From NCBI GenBank assembly GCA_977017575.1, contig CDRNVI010000040.1, positions 682,001-746,000 of the forward strand: a stretch of DNA of 64,000 nucleotides. The letters are read 5' to 3'. The notes beneath the pieces were generated by a model. It did no database searches. It was not told the origin of the DNA and saw only the letters and a program-made list of their open reading frames with translations. This document shows positions 29,610 through 41,466 of the stretch, piece by piece; positions within the stretch are counted from its first letter, which is position 1, and every line of letters begins with the position of its first letter. Both the position numbers and the translations under genes were made by a program. The DNA comes from Paramoeba atlantica (lineage: Eukaryota; Protista; Discosea).

Positions 29610-30859
29610 CATGGGTGGGCACCTTCAGAGTGGGGGGGTCTAAAATTCGTAAAACTTGTTCAATTTTGGAAAGTAATAGCGCATTCGAGAGCTCTCAAAT
29701 AGTCTGGTGTAATCGTAAAAAGCACTCTGCGAAAGTTTACGGGAATCAAAGAAAGCTAGAATGGTCCCAAACACGAATTGCAACTTTATTTTTTAAGCGA
29801 AAAAGTCCTTTTTTTCCAAAAAAAAATCTCAGTACCCACAATTTCCCCCTTTTTTCTCAATAACGATTTGAAAGCGCTTGGAGACACTCTTTATGGTCTT
29901 CACGCAAGTACTTTTGAGATCGGTTTGAAGTGCCTCGTATGCACTCTCGATAGAAGAGAGGAGATCTGCGCGATTGCGTGGTCGCATGCGATCCTTGTGC
30001 TGATCCATGATATTCCACAAGTTTTCGATGGGGTTGAGATCCGGTGACTTTGCGGGCCAGGGGAGCGTTCGCACGTTTTGCTGCTGAAAAGTACGCCTTG
30101 CCAAGTTGTGCGCAGGGCAATTGTCCATAGCAACAACTGCACGGTGCCTGTGTAGGTTCAAAAGACCATTACGCTTGGTCATGGCAGCTTCGAAAACAGC
30201 CCCGTTCACAGTAACTCTATTTCCCTGCTCATCTCTATTAGGAAAAATGTGCAGATGAAATCCATGCTTTATGCTTACCCCCATCCACACCATTATACCA
30301 TCGCCCCCTACCCACGCTTCCAGCTCACCTAGCTGCTCTTTTACAGGGTCGGACCGTCGGCAAAGGTAGGTGTTTTTGGTAGACTTCTTGCAGGTAAACT
30401 TTTTCTCATCACACCAAATAATATTATCAAGCTGGTGTTCGCTCCAGCCAGACATGTCCTTACAGAATCGGACTCTAACGTCTTTATGCTGCTGGGTTAG
30501 TCGTGGTTTACGCTGAACTACGCGGAGGATAATATCGGGCTTCAAAGCTCGAGCCAAAGTGCGTCTGGAACACTGAAACCCTCTCTGGAAGGGAAACCGT
30601 GATGTTCGCGATCGTACACGTTTCTGAGGCATTAACGGCGCAAAAAAACTAAAAAAAGCCAAAAAAACTGAAAAATTGCATCTTCAGGGAAAAATAAATT
30701 CCTTGTTTTTCTGTCATTTATCTCGAATGTCTAAAAACGGGAAACGGATGTTGCCATTACACCAGACTATTTGAGAGCTCTCGAATGCGCTATTACTTTC
30801 CAAAATTGGTCAAGTTTTACGAATTTTAGACCCCCCCACTCTGAAGGCGCCCACCCCTG
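29610..30859 (-). mobile_element. 1250-bp Tc1/mariner-superfamily DNA transposon with ~105-bp TIRs
   Basis: TA|CA(T/G)GGGTGGGC(A/G)CCTTCAGAGTGGGGGGGTCTAAAATTCGTAAAACTT...AGTCTGGTGTAAT at both ends, inverted, inside a TA run. Confidence 0.92.
29829..30632 (-). CDS. Tc1-type DDE transposase (267 aa from first ATG; DD32E spacing)
   Basis: RKPRLT, WCDEKKF, IMVW, MDNCPAH, WPAKSPDLNPIENLW. Confidence 0.92.
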   Translation of the reverse strand: MPQKRVRSRTSRFPFQRGFQCSRRTLARALKPDIILRVVQRKPRLTQQHKDVRVRFCKDMSGWSEHQLDNIIWCDEKKFTCKKSTKNTYLCRRSDPVKEQLGELEAWVGGDGIMVWMGVSIKHGFHLHIFPNRDEQGNRVTVNGAVFEAAMTKRNGLLNLHRHRAVVAMDNCPAHNLARRTFQQQNVRTLPWPAKSPDLNPIENLWNIMDQHKDRMRPRNRADLLSSIESAYEALQTDLKSTCVKTIKSVSKRFQIVIEKKGGNCGY

Positions 30860-31442
30860 TATATATATTATTTTTCCTTCCGCGGCGGTCCAAAATACTT
30901 TTTGACTTTATTGTCAGCCGTTTTCAAATCTTACTAAATTTAGAACTCGCCATTAGAAATTTTTGCTTCTTTCAATCGACACTTCTTTTTTTAGTCTTCG
31001 TGTAATGTCTCAGTCTGTTGAATGGGTGCAGAAAATCTTTGATCAAGATATTTACTCTACGCACGTAGGGTCATCACTATAACACATATAGTGAGGCTGA
31101 AGTTAGAGCAATTTGAGAATTGTGTGTGGCACGAAAGGTTGCAAGTATTGTGAGCTACTGGAATAGCACACAAAGCAAAAACAATCTAAAAGTACGGTCC
31201 TTCATTTTCTGGAAAACGAAAAATCTAATAACGATATCAAACCTCGAGGGAGGCCAAGAAAATATATCTTTTTGTTTCAATGCACGAAAAATTTGGCCCC
31301 AATAATTTTGGTCCACATAAATATTGGTCCGACTTTTTTTTCGAGCTCGAAGGACCAAATTAAAAAAACGTCAAATTTTTTGCTCGATCGGTACTTTGAT
31401 GGCAACGTATTCTTCGAATAACGTTTTTACATAACTTCTTTT

Positions 31443-32852
31443 ATGCCGTCTGAGTTTTTTCCTCGTTCGCTTTCCAGTGTTTCTTCTGTTATTTCAGAAG
31501 ATAGCTCTATTGAAGTGGTAACTTCACCGCTTTTTTTGTCTAAACAGGAAGGTGGAATAGCGTTTTGTCAGAAATTATCATTAGGTCTTGATGTGGCGCA
31601 TGCGGAAGCTTTCCATATACCTATGCAACATGTAGATGAGTCAATCGGAAATTTTTCCCGGTCATCCGAAGATCACTGCATAGATGCTGTTATGCTTGTC
31701 AGCGTTGAAGAAACTAGTAGCTCTTCCACCTCAGAAATTTTTTATTTTCCTTCCATAGATCAGTACGAAGATGAGGCATATTTTTCCTCATCTGTGCTGC
31801 TCAACTCGGATAGCAATGTATCAGAGGCATCGATTTTGTCTCTTCTTCCTCTATCGAAAGTTGAGCAAAGCGAAGACATTCTTTTAGAAAAAGAGTTCTC
31901 GCTCCAAGAAGCAATGTATTCTGATAGCGTATTACCCTGCACAAAAGAAGGAGAATCGGGTAAAAAGACAATTCTACGCAGTGATCAATTCTCAGAACAG
32001 AGTGAACGAAATTTACAAGACAGAAAGAGTAAATTGCATGAACTTAATGTCCGTGCACAGCACTCAAGAAAGAAATGTCATGATTTTTTCTCGGCGGAAC
32101 ACCACACTACAACACTTTCCCGAACATTGTTGGCACCTTATCCTTCCTTTGAAGCCTCAAGGATATTAGACTACTTGTTTTTGGGATCATATACAGATGC
32201 GATGAACTTAAAAGCTCTTCAAGCATTGGGAATAACGCATATACTGAATGTTGCTAAAGAATGTGATAATAATTCTTTTTCTTTAGCATTACGCGATCTA
32301 AACAGAAAGCAATTGACTTGTTCACAGGTATTTCCAGATCAAATACAAATCACGCATCATGACGTAAGTGAGGTTTCCCGTTTGCTGGGAACATCTGAAG
32401 CATACGGGAACGATATTGACATTTCCTATGATCATATACATTCTTGTCTTCCTGCTCCTGACAGACTTGATGGTATATTGGCAAAATCATGGCAACTGAC
32501 GCAAGATATTCATAATGCCCTTTCTCATTCTATAACTTTTCTTCAACTTGGAATACAAGACAAGCACGCGGAAGATATCACACGATTGTTTCTTCCTAGT
32601 ATTTTTTTTATTAATCGCACTCGTCAATCGGGCGGTAAAGTTCTTATTCACTGTCATCGCGGCATCAGTCGTTCTCCTGCTGTTGTTCTCTCATATCTTA
32701 TTCATGAATTTCACTTGACTCTTGAACAAGCCATGAACCATATAGAATCCCGTAGGGCACAAATATGTCCGAATCTTTCTTTCATTTTAGCCCTTGAGGA
32801 TTGGCGCCTTCGAAACAAATGCACAGCATCAAATTTCGAAGTTTTTACTTAA
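31443..32852 (+). CDS. Dual-specificity protein phosphatase with Ser-rich N-terminus and internal insertion
   Basis: SRILDYLFLGS...GITHILNVA; IQD general-acid loop; VLIHCHRGISRSPAVVLSYL; ICPNLSFI. Confidence 0.92.
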   Translation: MPSEFFPRSLSSVSSVISEDSSIEVVTSPLFLSKQEGGIAFCQKLSLGLDVAHAEAFHIPMQHVDESIGNFSRSSEDHCIDAVMLVSVEETSSSSTSEIFYFPSIDQYEDEAYFSSSVLLNSDSNVSEASILSLLPLSKVEQSEDILLEKEFSLQEAMYSDSVLPCTKEGESGKKTILRSDQFSEQSERNLQDRKSKLHELNVRAQHSRKKCHDFFSAEHHTTTLSRTLLAPYPSFEASRILDYLFLGSYTDAMNLKALQALGITHILNVAKECDNNSFSLALRDLNRKQLTCSQVFPDQIQITHHDVSEVSRLLGTSEAYGNDIDISYDHIHSCLPAPDRLDGILAKSWQLTQDIHNALSHSITFLQLGIQDKHAEDITRLFLPSIFFINRTRQSGGKVLIHCHRGISRSPAVVLSYLIHEFHLTLEQAMNHIESRRAQICPNLSFILALEDWRLRNKCTASNFEVFT

Positions 32853-33117
32853 AGGGGTGGGGTACGTCTACACTCGAAAGTATGTACACAGTCGCTGGAG
32901 GTCGCTGACAGTCACTGACAATGGCCTGACAGTCGCTGGAAGTCAGGATGACTAGAAATAGGTCGGAGCGCCGGAGTACTATCTGGAATTCAAACCTGCT
33001 GTACCCCCCGTTTTTAAAACTCATTTTATTCATAGTCTAACTAGTATTTTAGTATAAACTTTTAAACCCCCTGTACAATTATTAGTCCACTTTTTTATTA
33101 AACCCCATTCCGGTTTA

Positions 33118-33648
33118 CACCTCCGCCAGAAAGTATTCTCCACAAAAATAACGGACACAAAAAGTAATGTATTTATTAGTATCGATCATTTTTTTGAGTT
33201 TTGAAGAGGAACGCAGGAAATTGGGGCACGCAGGGAAGCCATTGAAAGATCGGAAACTCGTCGTAAAGAAACACTTGGAATGTCGCGGAAAGCTAAGGCA
33301 AGATTTGAGCAGGCTCGGAATGGTTCCTCTCTCACACTATTTTAGCGTTGAGTAATCAAAACAATTAAATTGCTAATTCCATGGTTTGTTTGATGTTCCC
33401 AAGAACTGACAGTGCTACACTTTTCCCTCGCACCAGCAGTTATTTAGTTCTTGTGATAGTTACTTGGATTCTTATAGTTCGACCTGTTTTTGTGCTTCAG
33501 TATACTTTACAGATCCGATATGATAAAGTGCAACTTTTTCGAGGCAAGTGGCAACTCGTGGAAATCGACAAAAAGTGTTGTATTTATTAGTATCGACCAC
33601 GAATTTTTGGTCGATACTAATAAATTACAATGCTTTTTGGCAGGGGTG
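33118..33648. mobile_element. MITE family CACCCCGCCAAAAAG, long copy
   Basis: TA|CACCTCCGCCAGAAAG ... CTTTTTGGCAGGGGTG|TA; internal 18-bp hairpin arms ATTTATTAGTATCGACCA/TGGTCGATACTAATAAAT. Confidence 0.75.
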
Positions 33649-36196
33649 TAATGTACCTGTAGCTCGCTATTGTACCGGGTGGGTACAATAAGTGGGAACG
33701 TCTGGTTTTAATGTATCCCCCCTTGCGCAAACGAGACGCCACAATCAATATAATATTGACACTATTCGATGTAAAATGTCTACAAACCTTCAAAAAAGAT
33801 TTCAAAAGCTTGTTTCCTTCAAAATTACCTGCCATGAGGTAAAGCACCTCCCCCGAAACAGCGGGTCTGCACCGCCTCGAAGGGCCAAAACAAATCATTT
33901 CAAAAGCTTGTTTCCTTCAAAATTACCTGCCACGAGGTAAAGCCCCTCCCCCGCGTCAAAAAAGTGAACAAAAACAGTGAAAATATTAAGAGAAACACAG
34001 TAATTAATATTGCGGTGGTTGTAAAACTACCGCTCTACACTCGATTATTGAAAAAAAAGTGAACAAAAACAGTGAAAATATAAAGAGGAACACATTAATA
34101 TAATAGAAGAAAGAAATATAAAAGGGGGCTCCGGTGGTCCAAAACTGAAAAAAAATTTTGAAAAAAATGGGGGGTCCAGGGGGGGGGGCATGGTCGAGCA
34201 AATTTTTTCGAAAAAATTAGTTTTCGAAAAAAAACCGCAGAAAGGGTAGCCGGGGTCTTGGCGCGCATTTTCCACCCCCCTACCCGGGGGTGACCCCACC
34301 GCGTATCCGCAGGACGGGTCCGCCTAGTTCGGATTTTTTCGGAAAAAAAATTTTGAAAAAAAATTCAACTTGGCGAAAAAAATGACAAAAACGATATTTT
34401 TCCAAAATCGTTTCCCCTATTGTATTTTGATAGTTTGGGACCTATACTAGCTTTCTCGGTAGTTGTTTTCGCAAGGTATCCCTTCTTCGAACCGTGGTGC
34501 GCCCCTCAAAATGACCCATTTTTGACTAAAAAAGGTGAAAAAGTATTTTTTGGACAACAAGGGGCATTTTTGTGTCGAAAGAATGGTATGGTTGAAGTCG
34601 CATTCTCTACCCAATACGTTCGGTAGGCTTTCATTCATGCCTACGAGTGATTTCCCACGCGCAAATGTCGGATTTAGTGCTCTGACAGCAAAAATACACG
34701 AAAATGACCCCATTTGTACCCGAAATTCGGCTATTTTTGGCTATAATCTTTCCGTTTTCCAGGCTAAATTTTCTTTTTTAGTCTCTTCGTTAAACGCGGC
34801 GGTAGTTTTCAACGCGAAGCGCGCAGCATGAGTGACTTCTAAGTTGAAAGCAACCACCGCGTTTAACGAAGAGCCTAAAAAAGAAAATAATAGAAGAAAA
34901 ATAAATAAAAGGGGCTCAGGTGGTCCAAAAAATTTCAAAAAAAATCGGACCCTTGGGGGGTCCATGGGGGGGCATACCGCACAATTTTTTTTTGAAAAAA
35001 TTACTTTTCGAAACAAAAGCGCAGAAGGGGTAGCCGGGGTCTTGGCGCGCATTTTCCACACCCCTACCCGGGGGTGACCCCCCCTCGTATCCGCAGGACG
35101 GGTCCGCCAAGTTCGGATTTTTTCGGAAAAAAATTTTGAAAAAAAATTCAAATTGGCGAAAAAAATGGCAAAAAAAATATTTTTCCAAAATCGTTTCCCT
35201 TATTGTATTTTGATATTTTAAATACCGTATGCCCCCCCAGTAATAGACCCCCCCCAGTAACAGAGATTTGTCTCGGGAGAGTGGCTGGAGGGGGGAGGGG
35301 ATGTTTGGGCGGGTGGGGTCGCTGGGCTGGGTGAGGGTGGTTGCGCGGGAGCGAATGGCGTAGTTGCTGGGTTGTCTGGGCAGAAAATCAATGCATCCAT
35401 GAACAAAAAATGTTTTTTCCCACCAAAAAAGCATACCCCCAGTAACAGAGATTTGGCCATTCGGATCCAAAATCGATTCTATTACTGGGGTGGCATACGG
35501 TATGTTAAATCATCCCTGATGATATAACTCTTCCTTCTTCCTCTCATATTCCCCAAAACAACTACCACCTTCCCCCCATTTATCAGGGGTCGCTCGCGCT
35601 ACTCCCGCTAAATAGGGGGGGAAGGTGGTAGTTGTTTCCTTTTTTCTATTCTAGGGGGGGCATACCTTATAAAAAATTTTTTTGAAAAAATTATTTTTCG
35701 AAACAAACCCGAAGAAGGGGTATCCGGGGTCTTGGCGCGCATTTTCCACACCCCTACCCGGGGGTGACCTCGCCTCGTATCCGCAGGACGGGTCCGCCAA
35801 GTTCGGATTTTTTCGGAAAAAAAATTTGAAGAAGAGTTCAACTTGTTGAACAAAAAAAAAATTTGAAAAAGAGTTCAACAAAAAAAATGGCAAAAAAATA
35901 TTTTTCTAAAATCGTTTCCCCTATTGTATTTTGATAGTTTGGGACCTATACTAGATTTCTGTGCATGTGTTTTCGCAAGCTATCTCTTCTTCGAGCCGTG
36001 GTATGCCCGCGACAGTGGTCCATTTTTGACTAAAAAGGGTGAAAAAGTATTTTTCGATCCCCAAGGGGCCTTCCCGACATCGACATTTTACTAAACAAAT
36101 CGAAAAGAAAATATTATTTGCTCAAGATCGCAATAAAAACAAATTCAGGAGAATTTTTTTTTCAATTTTTTTTCTCGAAAAAGTGAACGTAGTGTA

Positions 36197-36309
36197 ACCA
36201 GGGGTGCGGAATAATATTTAAATGCGGATTAATATTTAAATTTGCTTTAATATTTATATTGCGGGTTAATATTTAAATCGGAATTTAAATATTAATCCGC
36301 ACCCCGGGT
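36197..36309. mobile_element. 113-bp TA-flanked micro-MITE
   Basis: TA|ACCAGGGGTGCGGAATAATATTTAAAT ... ATTTAAATATTAATCCGCACCCCGGGT|TA; internal TAATATTTAAAT repeats. Confidence 0.7.
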
Positions 36310-36633
36310 TAGTCACTCATGCTGCGCGCTTCGCGTTGAAAACTACCACCCCGTTTAACGAAGAGCCTAAAAAAGAAAAATTGGTCTGGAAAACTGAGGA
36401 AAAGGGTGTAGTCAAAAATAGCCGATTTTCGGGTATTTTTGCTCTCAGAGCACTAAATCAGACATTTGCGCGCGGGAAAACAGAAGGCTCCGCCTTCTGC
36501 CTTTTTGCCTTGCGCCCCCTCCTTCCTCTACGGCCTTGCGTGTCACACACTTCCAGGTACATTTTGGACTTTGTAGGTGTATTACCATGGCAGAGTGACG
36601 AAATATCGAATGAAATCAAAGCGTATACACGTA

Positions 36634-36948
36634 CACCCCGCCAAAAAGTATTGTCCACAAAAATGGCCGACACAAAAAGTATTGTATTTATTAGTATCGA
36701 CCATTTTTTTGAGTTTTGACCAGAATTTTAGTTTTTTTCTCGAACTTTCCAGAAATTTACATAATGAGTTCTGATATACGCGGCCACTTGATCGTGATAT
36801 ACGTTTACAAGGATCTCATATGATAAAGTCCAACTTTTTGGAAGCCAGTAGCAACTCGTGGAAATCGACAAAACGTATTGTATTTATTAGTATCGACCAA
36901 ATATTCGTGGTCGATACTAATAAATTACAATACTTTTTGGCGGGGGTG
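36634..36948. mobile_element. MITE family CACCCCGCCAAAAAG, short copy, inserted in a 340-bp satellite monomer
   Basis: Flanks GCGTATACACG-TA|...|TA-TATCAGGCC; the empty site GCGTATACACGTATATCAGGCC is seen (reverse complement) near 45402-45423, confirming TA duplication. Confidence 0.85.
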
Positions 36949-39277
36949 TATATCAGGCCCCAAACTCTCAAAAAACAGTCTACGAGTTGATTTGGAAAAA
37001 TTATATATTTTCACTTTCACCCGTAAATTTTTAGTTTTTTTTTCAAAATTTCAGAAATTGCTTTGATCACCCTGGTGGGGAGGTGGGGGGGGGCATGGGG
37101 TACCCATCGGAATTGTTGAAAAACTAGTGATCTTGTCACTAAATTCGATTCATACGTCTTTGTAAACATTTTTTTCGAAAACTCACCTGAAACGATATCG
37201 GCACGAAATCGGGCACCAAATCGGGCCACAAATCGGCACGAAGAATTAACCTACGGTAGCGAGGGAGTAGTATCTCCATAAAAGAGTAGTATCTCCCTAA
37301 AAAGAGTAGTATCTCCCTAAACTAGCCGCATTTCGGGTAAACATGGGGTCATTTTCGAGTATTTTTGCTCTCAGAGCACTAAATCCGACATTTCCGCGTG
37401 GGAAATCACCCCGGCTACCCTTTCTGCGGTTTTTCTTCGAAAACTAATTTTTCGAAAATACTTGCTCGACCATGACCCACCCTGGACCCCCCCCTGGACC
37501 CCCCCCTGGACCCCCCCCCTGGACCCCCCCCTGGACCCCCTCCCCTGGACCTCCCCATGGACCCCCCATGGACCCCCCATTTTTTTCAAATTTTTCTTTT
37601 TTTTTGGACCACCGGAGCCCCCTTTTATATTTCTTTCTTCTATTATATTACTGTGTTCCTCTTTATATTTTCACTGTTTTTGTTCCCTTTTTTTTCAATT
37701 AGGCTCTTCGTTAAACGCGGTGGTTGTTTTCAACTTAGAAGTCACTCATGCTACGCTCTCCAAGTTGCAAACTACCACCGCGTTTAACGAAGAGCCTAAA
37801 AAAGAAAATTTTGCCCGGAAAGCAAAAAGATTATAGCCAAAAATAGCCGAATATCGGGTGAAAATGGGGTGATTTTCGCGTATTTTTGCTCTCAGAGCAA
37901 ACGTATTGGGTAGAGAATGCGACTCCAACCATACCATTCTTTCGACGCAAAAATGCCCCTTTAGGTCCGAAAAATACTTTTTCACCTTTTTCAGTCAAAA
38001 ATGGGTCATTTTGAGGGGCGCACCACGGTTCGAAGAAGGGATACCTTGCGAAAACAACTGCGGAGAAAGCTAGTGTAGGTCCCAAACTATCAAAATACAA
38101 TAGGGAAACGATTTTGGAAAAATCGTTCAAAATTTTTTTTCCGAAAAATCCAAACTTGGCGGACCCGTCCTGCGGATACGCGGGGGGTCACCCCCGGGTA
38201 GGAGGGTGGAAAATGCGCGACAAGACCCCGGCTACCCTTTCTGCCGTTTTTTTTCGAAAAATATTTTTTTCGAAAAACCATGACCCCCACTGTACCCCCT
38301 CCTGGACCCCCCCTGTACCCCCCGTTTTTTTTAATCTTTTTTTCAGTTTTGGACCACCGGAGCCCCCTTTTATATTTTTTTCTTCTATTATATTACTGTG
38401 TTCCCCTTTATATTTTCACTGTTTTTGTTCACTTTTTTTTCAATAATCGAGGGTAGAGCGGTAGTTTTACAACCACCGCAATTAACCTACGGTAGCGAGG
38501 GAGTAGTATCTCCCTCAATAGAAGAAAAATATATAAAAGGGGTCTCCGGTGGTCCAAAACTGACAAAAAAATTTGAAAAACATGGGGGGTCCATGGGGGG
38601 GTCATGGTCGAGCAATTTTTTTCGAAACACAACCGCATAAAGGGTAGCCGGGGTCTTGGCGCGCATTTTCCAGCCCCCTACCCGGGGGTGACCCCCCCCC
38701 CCCGTATCCGCAGGACGGGTCCGCCGAGTTCGAATTTTTTCGAAAAAAAAAATTGAAAAAGAGTTCAACTTGGCGAAAAAAATGGCAAAAAATATATTTT
38801 CCAAAATCGTTTCCATTATTGTATTTTGATAGTTTGGGACCTATACTAGCTTTCTCGGTAGTTGTTTTCGCAAGGTATCCCTTCTTCGAACCGTGGTGCG
38901 CCACTCAAAATGACCCATTTTTGACTGAAAAAGGTGAAAAAGTATTTTTCGGACCTAAAGGGGCATTTTTGCGTCGAAAGAATGGTATGGTTGGAGTCGC
39001 ATTCTCTACCGAATACGTTCGGTAGTCTTCCATTCATGCCTACGAGTGATTTCCCACGCGCAAATGTCGGATTTAGTGCTCTGAGAGCAAAAATATCCAA
39101 AAATGACCCCATTTTTACCCGATATTCGGCTATTTTTGGCTATAATCTTTCCGTTTTCCAGGCTAAATTTTCTTTTTTAGTCTCTTCGTTAAACGCGGTG
39201 GTGGTTTTCAACGCGAAGAGTGCAGCATGAGTGACTTCTAAGTTGAAAACAACCACCGCGTTTAACGAAGAGCCTAA

Positions 39278-40735
39278 ATCAAACAGGCGCTATTTCGTAG
39301 CAGCACTCAGTGGTGAGGCCCAGATTCCATTAAGCTTGCGAAACGCTGCCCATGTTCATCTCAGTCGATCTTTGATGGGGGATGCTGCCGTAACATCTTG
39401 AAGGTGACCAAGATGTAGGTAGGAATCCACGAGAGTAATCTTTCCCATTTATCCCGCCCGAAGTTCTCTTGTTCCCCCGGGAACCTTCCCGAAGGCCATC
39501 CACGCAGTCTTATGTTTTCCCACAGCAACCCTTAGATTGGTATATTGTGCTTCATTAGCCGTAGCTTCTATCATTTCGGATATTTCATGTTTTGTCTCCG
39601 CCAGGAGAGCAATATCGTCTGCGTAATAAATGTCCTTCAATCGAAATTCTTGAATTCCCTTACTTTTTGTCCCGCTGCTCCTCAACAGAATCCCTGGAGG
39701 TTTGTTATCGATCGCTTTGTGAAGAATTCTTTCAATAACAAGCATTAAAACAAATTAGGAGCAAGAACGTCTCCCTGGAGAATTCCTGTTTCAATAGGGA
39801 AAGAATCCGTATTGCCGTACGGTGTTTGGGCTATGCCTCTTAGATTGGAATACAGTGACATTATCATACTAGTGATCGCTGGTCCGACGTGAAAAGCTTT
39901 AAGAGCAGCACGGATTGCATAAAAAGATACCGAAGGAAAAGCTTTAGCAAAATCCATGAATGCAACTGCGACCCTCCTCTTGTTGCGTGACGACCTTATC
40001 TTCACATCATTAAGTATTTTCTGCGCTCCTGCTGTGGACCTTTCCGGGCGAAATCCGAATTGACTATCCCTTAGAAGCGGTTCAATGGCTGGTCTCATTC
40101 TTCGAAGAATCATTGCGTTCATTAATTTTACCTCGCTATTGACGAGGCAGATTGATCGCCAGTTCGAAATTTGTGTCAGGTCGCCTTTTTTAGGAATAGG
40201 AACCTGAAGTACTACCTTCCAGGACTCGGGCGAAACTCCTTTACGGTGAACTTCATTGATGATATTTAACATTACGTTTCTCAGATCCTTGTGTTCCGTG
40301 ATAATCGCAAGTACTTCCGCAGGAATTTAATCTATTCCAGGCGCCCATTCCTTGCGCGCGAGCCGGCTTATTCCATCTTCTAGCTCTTCCATGGAAAAAA
40401 TATCATCATTTATCGGTATTTTAATGGAGGTCACCGCTTCGAAGGTAATGTTTTTATCTCCACGATCATCCGAGCCCATACGCGCAAAGAAATCCTTCAC
40501 AATATGAAGTGTCTCTCTCGTCGATGAGGTCTCTATGCGAAATGTGTCCCTGTATGAACCGCAAACCCTCCGCAGCGTGCGCCACAGATTAGACCGATTT
40601 TTCCTTAAACCATATTCAATCTCGGAACATTCTTTTTGAATTTGTGCCTCAATTTCTGTTCCGTGCTTTTTTAGAACTTCTTTGAAGTGGTCTGGTTTTC
40701 TGCTTTTCAGAAACAAGTCGCGAAATCCCGAAGTT
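39278..40735 (-). pseudogene. RTE-type reverse transcriptase fragment with premature stop and frameshift
   Basis: QFGFRP, DFAKAF, GILQGD, YADD; CAA>TAA at about 40328 and a 2-nt insertion at about 39746 relative to the 57853 copy. Confidence 0.9.
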
Positions 40736-40853
40736 TAAGACGATTTTGTTTCCGTATTAAATTTCATCGCTGTTTCTGTCATTAATTGCGTTTGTGGTGT
40801 CGCTGCTCCTTTTCTCGATAGTTTTTGTGCAGTGTGAACTATTGTTTCTGATA

Positions 40854-41464
40854 CTGTGACCCCCCATTTAATATGCACCCCCTTCCCTCCCCCCCCCTTA
40901 ATATGCACAAATTCCATATTGAATTTTCGGAGCGTTTTTTTGAGAGCAGATGTTTTGCCTATTTTTACCCAATCTCTTCAAAGGGCTTTGTGCTTTTAAG
41001 CCTCTGATGTGCATTTAGTGTGTGGAGATAATATATATTTGTATACTTGTTCCTCTCTTTCTCCCGTACTTTTCACCCTTATGTCAGATACTGACGGAGT
41101 TCCGACCACAGTTCACTCTATGCGTGGACCTCTGACCACTTGGCTTCGGAATCTCCCTCCCCAACCGCAAGTAGGGGAGCGCACATCCCTTATTATTAAC
41201 AACACCCCGACGGTAACAGTTCAGGAAAAACGACAGCGTACTGAACTTACTATATTCGAGAAACGAGAAATTTGCAGATCTCAAAGTTCTGTAAAGCAAA
41301 TAGAACAAAAATATGGTATATCACGGAGAGCGGTTTATGAAATTCGTAAAACGGGGATTGACCACTACCAAAAGTTAATTAACCGCAACATGGGAAACCA
41401 ACACCGGAACCGTGGATTCAAAAAAAGAGTGGGGGATTATAGTGATGCGAATGCCGAAGTCTAA
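40854..41464 (+). pseudogene. 5' end of pogo/Tigger-type transposon (CENP-B-like HTH), truncated by a SINE
   Basis: KRQRTELTIFEKREIC...KYGISRRAVYEIRK from ATG 41081; TA|CTGTGACCCCCCATTTAATATGCAC putative left end. Confidence 0.6.
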
Positions 41465-41466
41465 GA

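Larger units (their letters stand above)
29498..31391. mobile_element. TA-flanked MITE (CCGGTCGAGCA ends) interrupted by a Tc1 element
   Basis: TA|CCGGTCGAGCAG ... TGCTCGATCGG|TA; uninterrupted reverse copy at 51843-52476. Confidence 0.85.

Noticed and set aside
37262-37325. Canonical Helitron 3' end (hairpin plus CTAG)
   Set aside because: CTAG is followed by C rather than T and is not present in other copies of the hairpin.
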